From contig CAVSDR010000003.1 of assembly GCA_963726745.1 (NCBI GenBank), positions 704,001 to 768,000 on the forward strand: a stretch of DNA of 64,000 bases, in the 5' to 3' direction. Positions 10,771 through 22,562 of this stretch are shown in pieces (within the stretch, counting starts at the first letter, position 1; each line of letters begins with the position of its first letter). The position numbers and the translations under genes were made by a program. Below the pieces are notes generated by a model. That model saw only the letters and a list, made by a program, of their open reading frames with translations, did no database searches and was not told the DNA's origin. This stretch comes from an uncultured Verrucomicrobiae bacterium. Lineage in GTDB: Bacteria; Verrucomicrobiota; Verrucomicrobiia; Chthoniobacterales; UBA10450.

Positions 10771-11367
10771 ATGAGCGAGGGGATGGCGCGGCAAACAGAG
10801 GAAAACCAAGCCGCCCTGGTCGCTTTTCTCGAGGGTGAGGTCCCCGCCGGGGCGAACGCGCAGCTGAACGCCCTGCTGCCCGAGGTCTACGCCGATCTCC
10901 GCGAGATGGCCGCCTCCTACCTGCGCAATGAGCGGCCCAACCACACCCTCCAGCCGACCGCACTGGTGCACGAATCCTACCTTCGTCTCGTTAGCCAGCA
11001 CACCGTCGACTGGAACGACCGCTTGCAATTCCTCTCCATCGCCGCGCGCATGATGCGGCGCATCCTGTCGAATCACGCGATCGCGCGGCAGCGGGTCAAA
11101 CGCGACAGCGGCGAACCCTTGCTCGAGCTGGATGCGGCGCTGGAATTCCACGACCGCACCCAGCTGAGCCTGGTGAAACTCGAGGAAGCGCTCCGCGGCT
11201 TGGAAGCACTCGATGCTCGTCAGGCGCGCGTGGTCGAGCTGCGTTTCTTCGGCGGGCTCACGCTTGAGGAAACCGCCGAAGTCCTCGGCATTTCCGCGAT
11301 GACCGTGCGGCGCGATTGGGTGACCGCGCGGCAATGGCTCCAGCGCGAGATCAGCGACCAGGCATGA
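10771..11367 (+). CDS. ECF RNA polymerase sigma factor, TIGR02999/ECF43-type (kinase-associated)
   Basis: Motifs 'LLPEVYADLREMA', 'HTLQPTALVHESYLRL', 'VVELRFFGGLTLEETAEVLGISAMTVRRDW..AR.WL'; stop overlaps kinase start (ATGA). Confidence 0.93.
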   Translation: MSEGMARQTEENQAALVAFLEGEVPAGANAQLNALLPEVYADLREMAASYLRNERPNHTLQPTALVHESYLRLVSQHTVDWNDRLQFLSIAARMMRRILSNHAIARQRVKRDSGEPLLELDAALEFHDRTQLSLVKLEEALRGLEALDARQARVVELRFFGGLTLEETAEVLGISAMTVRRDWVTARQWLQREISDQA

Positions 11368-13848
11368 CCCCGGCCCGTTGGCAGCAGGTCAAAGAAACCC
11401 TCGCCGCCACCTTGGATTGCGAGACTGCGGAGGCGCGCGCGCGTTACCTCGACGGAGCCTGCGTCGACGACACCGCGCTCCGGCGTGAGGTCGAATCACT
11501 CGTTAGCCAGCAAGCCGAGGCGTTCGATTCCTGGGCTGATGGCGGCGGCTTCGTCGGCGCTGATCCGTCGCTGCGGCAAAACGAAGGGCGGCGCATCGGC
11601 GCCTACCGCCTGCTTCGCGAGCTCGGCCGCGGCGGGATGGGCGCGGTCTGGCTGGCCACGCGCGCGGACGCGGAATTTCGCAAGACGGTTGCGATCAAAC
11701 TGCTCAAGCGCGGGACCGATACCGATGAAGTCCTGCGCCGTTTCCGCGCGGAGCGCGAAATCCTCGCGCGCCTGGAGCACCCGTACATCGCGCGATTGCT
11801 CGACGGCGGCACGACCGACGATGGCTTGCCCTACCTCGTGATGGAATACGTCGACGGCATCCCGCTGACTGATTTCGGCGAGGCGCACAACCTCTCGTTA
11901 GGCCAGCGGCTCGAGCTCTTCCTCAAGATCTGCGGCGCGGTCCAGTTCGCCCATCAAAACCTGATCGTGCACCGCGACCTGAAGCCGGCCAACATCCTCG
12001 TGACCGCCGAGGGCGAGCCGAAGCTGCTCGACTTCGGGATCGCCAAGCTCCTCGACCCGGCGGAAGCCTGGGAGCAAACCCTCCCCGGGCGCGATCGTTA
12101 CACGCCGGCCTACGCCTCGCCCGAGCAAGTGAGCGGACAGCCGGTCACAACGGTGAGCGAGGTCTACTCGTTAGGCACGCTCCTCTACGAGCTGGCCACG
12201 GGGACCCGCGCGCACCGTTTCGCCACCGCCCACCCGATCACCGCCGAAGTGCAGCGGGTGGTGCGCGAGAGCGAGCCGATGCGGCCGAGCCTGGCGGCGC
12301 CGCCGGAGCGACGCGCAGCTTTGCGGGGCGATCTCGACACGATCATCCTGCGCGCGCTGGCGAAGGAGCCGGCGCGCCGTTACCCGAGCGCGGGAAATTT
12401 AGCCGACGATTTGCGGCGGCATTTGCAAGGCCGGGTCGTGCAAGCGCGGCCGGATACATTCCGCTATCGCGCCGGCAAATTTTTTGCCCGGAATAAGGTC
12501 GCGACCAGCGCCGCGGCTTTGCTTCTCCTCAGCTTGCTCGTCGGCTTCGTTGCCACCGCGCTTGCAGGCACGCATTGCCAACCGCGAACGCGTGCACGCG
12601 GAACGGCGCTTCGGGCAACTGCGCGCCGTCGCCAGCAGCTTTCTCTTCGAATTGGACGACGCGATCGCGCAACATCCGACGCAGGCGCGCAAGATTCTGG
12701 TCGAGAAAGCGCGCGACTATCTCGACAGCCTCCACCGCGACGCGGCGGGCGATCAACCGCTCGAAGCGGATCTGGCCGCGGCTTACCAAAAGCTCGGCGA
12801 TGTCGAATCGCAGCTGAACCAGGCGAACCTTGGCGACAGCGCCGGTGCGCTCGCGAGCTACCGGAAGTCGCTCGCCTTGCGCGAGACGCTGCTGACTCGC
12901 GCCCCGGCGGCTGAGCGGAGCCTGCGCCAACGGGAACTCGCGATGAGCTTCCGCCGCTTGGGCGACATTCTTGGCAAAACCGGCCACACCGCCGAAGCGC
13001 TCGCCAGCTACGAGAAAACTTTGCCGCTATTGCAGACCGCGGCTGCGCAGGGCGATGCGGAAGCGCGCCTGGCCCTGGCCTCGAACGAGGAAATCGTCGG
13101 CCGGATGTCGCTCATGACCGGCGAGACCGCGAGCGCCGAGGGGCATTACCAGCATGCCCTCGCGCTCACCGAGGGCCTTTTGCACACCAGCCCAGGGGAT
13201 CGCGCGGCGCAACTCGAGCGCGCCAAAGCACTCGTTAGTCTGGGCTATCTGCGCGGCCTGGCCGGAGCGCGAACTGAGGCCATCGCGCTTTACCGGGAAG
13301 GCCTCGCGCTGGTGCAAGCCTTGGCCGAGGCCGATCCGGCGGATCGCACCTTGCAACGACGCTTGATGGACAGCCGCGCCTGGCTTGGAATTGGGCTGAG
13401 CGAAGCGCAGGATTACGCGGCGGCGCGGGAACAATTTGCGCTCGCGCAAAAGCTTTGCGCCCTCGCGCTGGAGAGCGATCCGGCCAATGTGCAGACGCAC
13501 AACGACCTGGCCGATGTGCTGCATAACACGGCGGAAAGCTGGCTGCGCCAGGGCCAGGGAGCAGAGGCGCTCGGATATGCGCGCGAGGCCCACGCGCAAT
13601 ATGCGTTGGTCGCCGCAGCTGATCCGCTCAACGTGCATGCCGCCCGGCAGGTTGCGGTGGCCGAGGAAGATCTCGCGCGAGCACTCGCGCTGACCGGTTC
13701 GGCCGCTGAAAGCCTCGTGCAAATGCGGGCGGCGTTGGGCGATTTCGAGGCGCTTGCAGCGAAGGATTCCTCGAACGTTCAATTCCGCAAAGATGTGGAG
13801 CGTTGCCACGCCGAGCTAAGCAAAATCGCGCCGGAACCGCGTAGCTAG
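11364..13848 (+). CDS. Membrane Ser/Thr protein kinase with C-terminal TPR-like sensor region; apparent frameshift at ~12564
   Basis: GRGGMGAVW, VAIK, HRDLKPAN, DFG, TPAYASPE; TM helix AAALLLLSLLVGFVATAL; continues in ORF 12484-13848 (QARIANRERVHAERRF...helical repeats). Confidence 0.9.
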
Positions 13849-13853
13849 AGGGC

Positions 13854-16800
13854 CTATTTCACCTTGTAGACTTCAACCAAGCCGATGCCAGTCCCGCCGT
13901 CCTTGCCGCGCACAATCGCTGTGTAATTTCCGGGAACGAGCGTGGCCACGATCGCCGGTTCCTTGTCGTTTGCTGGCTGCACGGTCGTGGCGATGATTTC
14001 GGTTTCCTGGGTCTCGCGCCAGTTGTCGTTCGTGAAGACGTTGCCGTTGGAATCGTGCAGCTCGAGCACCGGATCGGCCAGGACGCCGTTGAGCACGCCG
14101 GCTAAAGAAGGACCGGTCGCGCGCACCAGAATGCCGGCCGGTTCGCTCCCGGTGACGATGAAGCCGCCGATGAGCACGTTGTCGCCGGTGTCGACAAATC
14201 CGCGCGTGGAAATATTAGCCAGCCGGATGTCATGGCTCCCGTCGATGTCGTAGATCTCGGTCAACCCGATCCCGCTCCCGCCATCGGCGCCGCGCTCGAT
14301 CACGGTGTAATTTCCCGGCGCCAAATCGGCGATGAGGAGCGATTCGCGCGGATCGGTCGGCGCGAAGCCATCCGGGATGCGGTCCTGGTTCGGCGCGGTT
14401 TGCCAGTTGTCGTTCGTTAGGCTGGAGCCGTCCGGCTTGAAGAGCTGGAGCACCGGATCGTTCAAGACGCCGGCTAATCCCGCCGCCGCCAGGCTCGGGC
14501 CTTTGCCGCGGATCAAGCACCGCTTTGGTCGAACCCGCCGGGCCTTGGACAATGAAGCCACCGATCAAGACCTTGTCGCCCGTGAGCACTTTCATGCGCG
14601 TGGAGATGTTCGCCGGCTGGCCGATCGGCGGCTGCGGGGCGCCGGGTATAATCGAAGCGAGCAGGCCGTTTGCATTCGCAGCCAGTTGCACGTTGCCGCC
14701 ATTGGTGGCGAAGGCGCCGCTGGCGCTCGCGAAGCTGAGCGGACTGAAGGTGTCGGCCGCATCCGGCGCGTAGCCGTTGATCGTTTTGACGTGCAGGTTG
14801 CCGCCTAAAGTCGCCGCGCCATTCACTTGCAGCAGGTCGGACTGGCCGAGATCGCGGCCGCCATTTTCCACGATCAAGGTGCCGTTAGCGCCCTGCGCAA
14901 AGTCCCCTGTGACCGCAATCGTGCCTGCGGAATGGCCCGGCGAAATGTAGCCGCCATGGTTCGTTAGACTGCCGACGATCACGCCGGTGCCGCTGAGGGT
15001 GCCGCCATCGAGCGAAACCGAGCTGACGATTTGCAGCCCGCTCAAGTCCGTCTCGCCGCCGGTCTGGACGAAGCCAGCCGCGCCGGCGGGCGCTTCATTG
15101 CCAAACGGCGCGATGCTACCGCCATCATTCGTGATCAGGCTGGCGCCATCCTGTCCGATCAAGCTCGCTCCATCGTTGCTGATGATGCTGCCGCCATCCT
15201 GGCTGATCAGGCTGGCGCCGTCCTGGCTAATGAGGGTGCCGCCGTTGGGCGCGATGAGGCCGAGGCCGCCTTCGCTCAAGAGCGACCCGCCGTTTGGTCC
15301 GATGAGCTTTCCGGAATTCTCAAATTTCGTGGCCGCGACTCCGTGGGGCAACGGCCGCGGCGGCGGCGTGCCCGCGGGCGCGGGGGCCGGCTTAAGATTC
15401 GGCCGGTGGAAGATGAACTCGCCCACATTCTTGAAGAACGCGGCCACGCCGTCGAAGAAACCGTTCGGGTCGGCGCTTTGATCGGCGCCGGGTTTCGCCG
15501 CGGTGGTTTTCACTGGGACGATGCCGCCGCGGCCGGTCACGCGGATTTTGCCGGCATTATTGACCGTGCCGCTCATGGGCACGTCGTCGTCGCTCGTGAG
15601 CACCATCGCGCCGCCGGGATTGATCGCGAGATTGATGTTCTTCAACGCGCCGCTGGCGACCGAGAGAATGCCCGAGACGTTGAAGGCGCCGCCGGTGCCA
15701 TTGAGCGTGCCGCCGATGAGCGAGGTGGCAAAGGCGGTCACGCTCGTATTCACGTTCGCGCTTTTGCCGGCGATGATCGCGAGATCGAGTGCGCCGGGGA
15801 CGCCGTTTTGCCCGAGCTCATTCAGCCAGTTGGCCGGGTTCGACCAGTCGCCGGAATTTTGCATGGTGAAGATGCGGCCGCCCGGCGGTTTCACGCGGAT
15901 GTAGACCGGCGGCGCAAAACCGCGAATGCCGAGCTCGTCGATCGCGACCGCCTTGATCACGTGATCGCCGGGGACGCTGGTGGTGTAATCGCTGGTCACG
16001 CTGGTGGCGCCGTTTTCTGCGACCGCGATCTGCGCGCCATCGTAGTAGAGGCTGATCTTTTTGATCTGGCGCGTGAAGGTGATCGTGGGATCAAGGCGCG
16101 CGTTGAAGCGAATGGTGCCGAAGTTGTAGACCAACGGGGTCGCCGCGCTCGTCCCGTCATTCCCGCTGGCTGGTGTCGTTAGGGGAGTGAGCTCGACATC
16201 CGGGCGATTGCCCTGAACGAGATTCTTCACGCCGACGATGTTCGAGTAGCTGTCGACAAAGCCGACGGCCTTGGCGACCGCACGGAAGTAAACCTGTGCG
16301 CCGGCGGGATACTTGTCCGAGTCGAGGTAGAAATGGAGCCGGTCGGCGTAGCTGAACATTTGCCCGGCGCGGCCGTCGTCGAGACCGGTCCAGCTGGCGT
16401 CGTCATCGGGCGTGAGCGTGCTCTGGAGGTAGAGCGTGGTCCCGGCCTGATCGACCGCGATGCTGGAGCGGAATTTGATTTCCGCCGCGGGCCCGTTGGT
16501 CGCGAGGGTGAGCACGGTCGCGCCGAGATGGTTTTTCGAAGGAGCGAGGTTGAAGGGCCCGACGATGTTCGATTTGCTCTCGGGGTAACCGGACGCGGTC
16601 GAGAGCGCGCGGAAGTAGAGGCCGTTGGCCAGCGGGTAATTGGTCGAAGTGAGGACGAACTGGCCGGTCGTTTTATCCAGCGTCATGTAACCCCCGCTGC
16701 CGTTGGGGAGGTCGACCCAATCATTCGCGTCGTTATTCGCCACCGTGTTGATCTGCACGCGCACTTTGAGCGCATTCGGCGTCCCGCTCTGCTGCGCGCT

Positions 16801-19003
16801 AAAGTGCAGCGGCGTGTCGGCTAAATTAGCCGACGCATTCTGGCTGCCGTTGACCCGGAAGACGGTCGCGGAAAGCCCGCCATGGGGCGGCGCCGGCGGC
16901 GCGGGAGGAACGCCGCTGCCGATAACGCTTAAATTGCCGTCTTCGTTATTCGGGACAAAGAGCTCGCTCGTGACGGGGTTGAAGGCGAGGCCCATCGGAT
17001 AGCGCCCGACGTCGATTTGCTGCTGAAAGCTGTTGTTCGCGCCGTTGAAGACCGTGATCCGGCCGTTCGCGTCGTAGCCATTCGAATTATCGGCCACATA
17101 AACTTTGTTCGTCGCCGGATCGACCGCCACATCACTCACGGCATCGCCGTTGTTCGCGTGCGTGTTGGAAAAGGTGGTTTCCGTCTGGTCGGTCGCGCCA
17201 TCGATCACGGTCACGCTGTTGTCGACCGAGCCCGCGCCGGTGTTGGCCACGTAGATCTTGTTGGTCTGCGTATTGACCGCCATCGGCCCGGGAACCGCCC
17301 CGGCGCCGACCATGCCTAACGAGTTAAAACTGGCATCCAAAATCTGGACCATTCCGCCGCTCGGGCGGCCGGAGATGTAAATCTTGCCGGTCACGGGATT
17401 AACCGCCAACCCGATGAGACTGTTCATGATTGGGATGCTGGTGCTGACGGTGTTGTTCTCGGCGTTGATCACGTAGAGCCGGGGCTCGTTCGTGCCCGGA
17501 TCGACGCTCGTGAGGTAAACCCGGTGCCGGGTGTCATCGACCGCGAGCAAGAGCGAACCCACGAGGTAGCCGGTGCTGATCGGAATGGAAGTTACGAGCT
17601 GATTGTTTGCGCCATCGATTACATCGAGGTAGGCGATCTTGGTTCCGTCGTCGGCGCTCTGCTCAACGCGCGGGAGGTAGATGCGATTGAGCGCGGAACT
17701 GACTGCGACCAGACGCGCGAGCAGGAACTTCGCATTGTACGAGCCCGTGTTTGCACCGATGACCGGGACGCGCGCCAGGATGCTGTGATCGGCGCCGTTA
17801 ATCACAACCAGCTCGGCGGCCTGCTCGTCGATCACATAGACACGGTTCGTCTGCGTGTTGACCGCCGCTTTGTAGGGGCGGTAGCCCAGCACCACTTTGC
17901 TCAACGTGCCGTTGGCCACGTTGAGAATACCGACTGCGTTCCGAAGCTCGGCGAAGGTTTCGCCAAAATTGTAGTCGAGAATGAAGAGCCGCCCGGAATC
18001 GAAGCTAACCGCCCCCGCTCCATGGGCGAAGCCGGGCCGGTCGCTCAAGTCGGCGGCGTTCAAGGCGAGAATCCTGCCAGGATCGGTCCCGATGATCGGC
18101 GTCGCCAAGTAGAGCGTGTTTGTCGCCGGATCGATCGTCATGCCGCGGAAATCGGCGGGGTTGAGGCCGGCAGTGCGGGAGGCGACGATCCCTCCGCTGC
18201 TATCGAAAACATAAAGGCGGCTTACGCCGTTGCTCGTGTTTTCCGCCCCGAAGACATACGTGCGGCCGTCCGCGGGATCGTAAACGCCGGACGAGGCGTT
18301 GAACGCCGACGGCACGGTGAACGGAGTGGCCGTGTCGGAAGCACCATCGATGACCGCGCCGTTCCCGTTACGGGCGAAAAGAAGGAGCTTGTTGGCCGCC
18401 GGATTGGCAATGAGGACATGCGGTCCGAGGCCCGCACCGCTGTCGAAAGTGCCGAGGATGGCGTGAGTCGGCCCGTGGACCACAGTCACAACGCCGTATT
18501 GGTTCACGAAGTAAACTTTGTGCGTGACGCTGTTCACCGCGAAAGCCTGGTAGCCATAAGGCTGGCCCTGCACCGGCACATCGGCGTTTGCCACGACCGC
18601 ATCGTTTTGCAGCGTGCGGATGTAATACTGCAGACCTTTTTGACCGAGGAGGTAAACGCGATTCCCGTCCGCCCCGGTGCTTTCATCAGCGGCGATGCTG
18701 TAGGGACTGAAGCGATTTGTGACGTTTCCGACGACCTCACGCCCGAGATCGATATCGGCGACACGCGCACCCGTCGTCGTGTCGATCACCTTGACGGCGA
18801 GATTCTGGAAGCCGGACGCCGCCAAGCCCGCGACATAGAGGCGATGGGTGGCGTGATTCAGCGCCATAACCTGCGGGTTGTAAGCGTCCGGTCCGGGCAG
18901 GAGTTCGATCGTGTCGACAAGGGAAGTGCCCGCGGAGGCTTTGCCTACGGTTAACGCCAGCAGCGCAGACGAGGGCGAGAACGAGTGGTTTTGAGAAACT
19001 CAT
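13854..19003 (-). CDS. Secreted modular protein, paralog 4 (YVTN/YncE-type propeller head); apparent frameshifts at ~18965 and ~14515
   Basis: Signal peptide MSFSKPLVLALVC..LLALTVGKASA; repeated 'AVNxxTNKIYVAN...VTVIDGAT' blades; same core, 8-aa repeats and NISTR tail as paralogs 2 and 3; joins ORFs 18737-19003, 14230-18867 and 13854-14561. Confidence 0.85.
15112..15307 (-). repeat. 8-aa tandem repeat LISQDGAS/IISNDGAS/LIGPNGGS
   Basis: About 8 units in translation. Confidence 0.88.
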
Positions 19004-19034
19004 AAATGGGGCGCAATGGTGCTTCTTTTCTTTC

Positions 19035-19062
19035 TCGCGGAGAATTCAGGTGAATCGGCTCA
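19035..19062 (-). promoter_or_regulatory. Candidate ECF sigma promoter TGAGC-N19-GCGA upstream of paralog 4
   Basis: Minus strand GAAAATTTCGTGAGCcgattcacctgaattctccGCGAg, in the divergent gap before ECF sigma 2. Confidence 0.6.
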
Positions 19063-19090
19063 CGAAATTTTCTATAATTTTCGGCACGCC

Positions 19091-19696
19091 ATGAAGTTGC
19101 CCGAATCCGCGCCCGCACCCGGCGCCCCGGACTCCGCGGATTCGCTGCCGGAATTCCTCGCCAGCCTCGTGCCGGAGACGGCTTCACCGCGGGAGATGGA
19201 TGCCGCTTTGCCGGCGCTCTACGAGGAACTACGCGAGCTCGCCGCCGGCTATCTCCGGCGCGAACGGCCCGACCACACGCTCCAGCCGACCGCCCTGGTC
19301 CACGAGTCCTACCTACGCCTGCGCCAGCAGCACACGGTCGATTGGGGCAATCGCCTGCAATTCCTCTCCATCGCCGCGCGGATGATGCGGCGGATTCTCT
19401 CCGACTACGCCACCGCGCGCGCGGCGGAAAAACGCGGGGGCGACGCGACCCGGCTGCAATTAGACAGCGCCTTGGAATTTTGCGATGAACGCGCGGTCGA
19501 TCTCGCCGCGGTCGACCAGGCGCTGCGCGATCTCGAGTTGCTGGATAAACGCCAGGCGCAGGTGGTGGAGCTGCGCTTCTTTGGCGGGCTCACCATCCCC
19601 GAGACCGCGGAGTTGATGGCGCTCAGCGAAGCGACCGTGAAGCGCGAGTGGGTCACCGCGCGCCGCTGGCTCCAGCGCGAGATCGGCGGCCACTAA
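19091..19696 (+). CDS. ECF RNA polymerase sigma factor 2, TIGR02999/ECF43-type
   Basis: 'LYEELRELAAGYLRRERPDHTLQPTALVHESYLRL', 'VVELRFFGGLT'; close paralog of 10771-11367; ATG at 19091 chosen as start. Confidence 0.93.
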   Translation: MKLPESAPAPGAPDSADSLPEFLASLVPETASPREMDAALPALYEELRELAAGYLRRERPDHTLQPTALVHESYLRLRQQHTVDWGNRLQFLSIAARMMRRILSDYATARAAEKRGGDATRLQLDSALEFCDERAVDLAAVDQALRDLELLDKRQAQVVELRFFGGLTIPETAELMALSEATVKREWVTARRWLQREIGGH

Positions 19697-19699
19697 GCC

Positions 19700-22109
<2,410 letters not shown>

Positions 22110-22124
22110 CCGGCACTTTCGCGC

Positions 22125-22562
22125 TCAGCGACGCGCCTGGCCTAACAAGTCCTGCGCGAGAGACGATCCGGGATTTTCCGCGGCGAAAGCGGCGAACTCC
22201 CGCTCGGCTTCCTCGCGCGACCCGGCCCGCGCGGCCACGACTGCACGCACGAGATGCGAATCGCCCGCGAGCCGCTGCCACTCCGCGAGTTCCGCCGGCG
22301 GCTCACCGAACCGCACCTGGCCGGTGCGGAGGGTTTCGCGGAGAGCGTCGCGCAACGGCGGTGGCAATTTCGCAAAAGCCGGGGTGCGGTTGCCCGGCTC
22401 GAGAATGATCTCCCGCGGGCCATCGCGCAGGGCCGTGAACGGCGCCGAGATTTGCCGGATGGTGATGACCCACCAAAGCCCGCCGACAGCCAGCGAGATC
22501 CCGATCGCCAGGGGCAAAGCCCAGCCAAAGAATCGCGCCGACTCGTCGCGCGGCGTGCTCAC
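22125..22562 (-). CDS. Small single-pass membrane protein with TPR-like C-terminal helices, hypothetical
   Basis: GTG start overlaps the glgA-like stop (GTGA); TM segment FFGWALPLAIGISLAVGGLWWVITI. Confidence 0.65.
   Translation of the reverse strand: MSTPRDESARFFGWALPLAIGISLAVGGLWWVITIRQISAPFTALRDGPREIILEPGNRTPAFAKLPPPLRDALRETLRTGQVRFGEPPAELAEWQRLAGDSHLVRAVVAARAGSREEAEREFAAFAAENPGSSLAQDLLGQARR

Noticed and set aside
2090..14618. Near-identical repeats as diversity-generating retroelement TR/VR
   Set aside because: No reverse transcriptase in the window; all copies are coding tails and the differences are mostly synonymous, not obviously adenine-specific.
3375..15307. 24-nt repeat arrays as CRISPR
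   Set aside because: No spacers; in-frame coding repeats with synonymous variation; no cas genes.
2100..19003. Classical autotransporters or RTX toxins
   Set aside because: No C-terminal beta-barrel; the repeats have period 8 and lack GGxGxDxLx.
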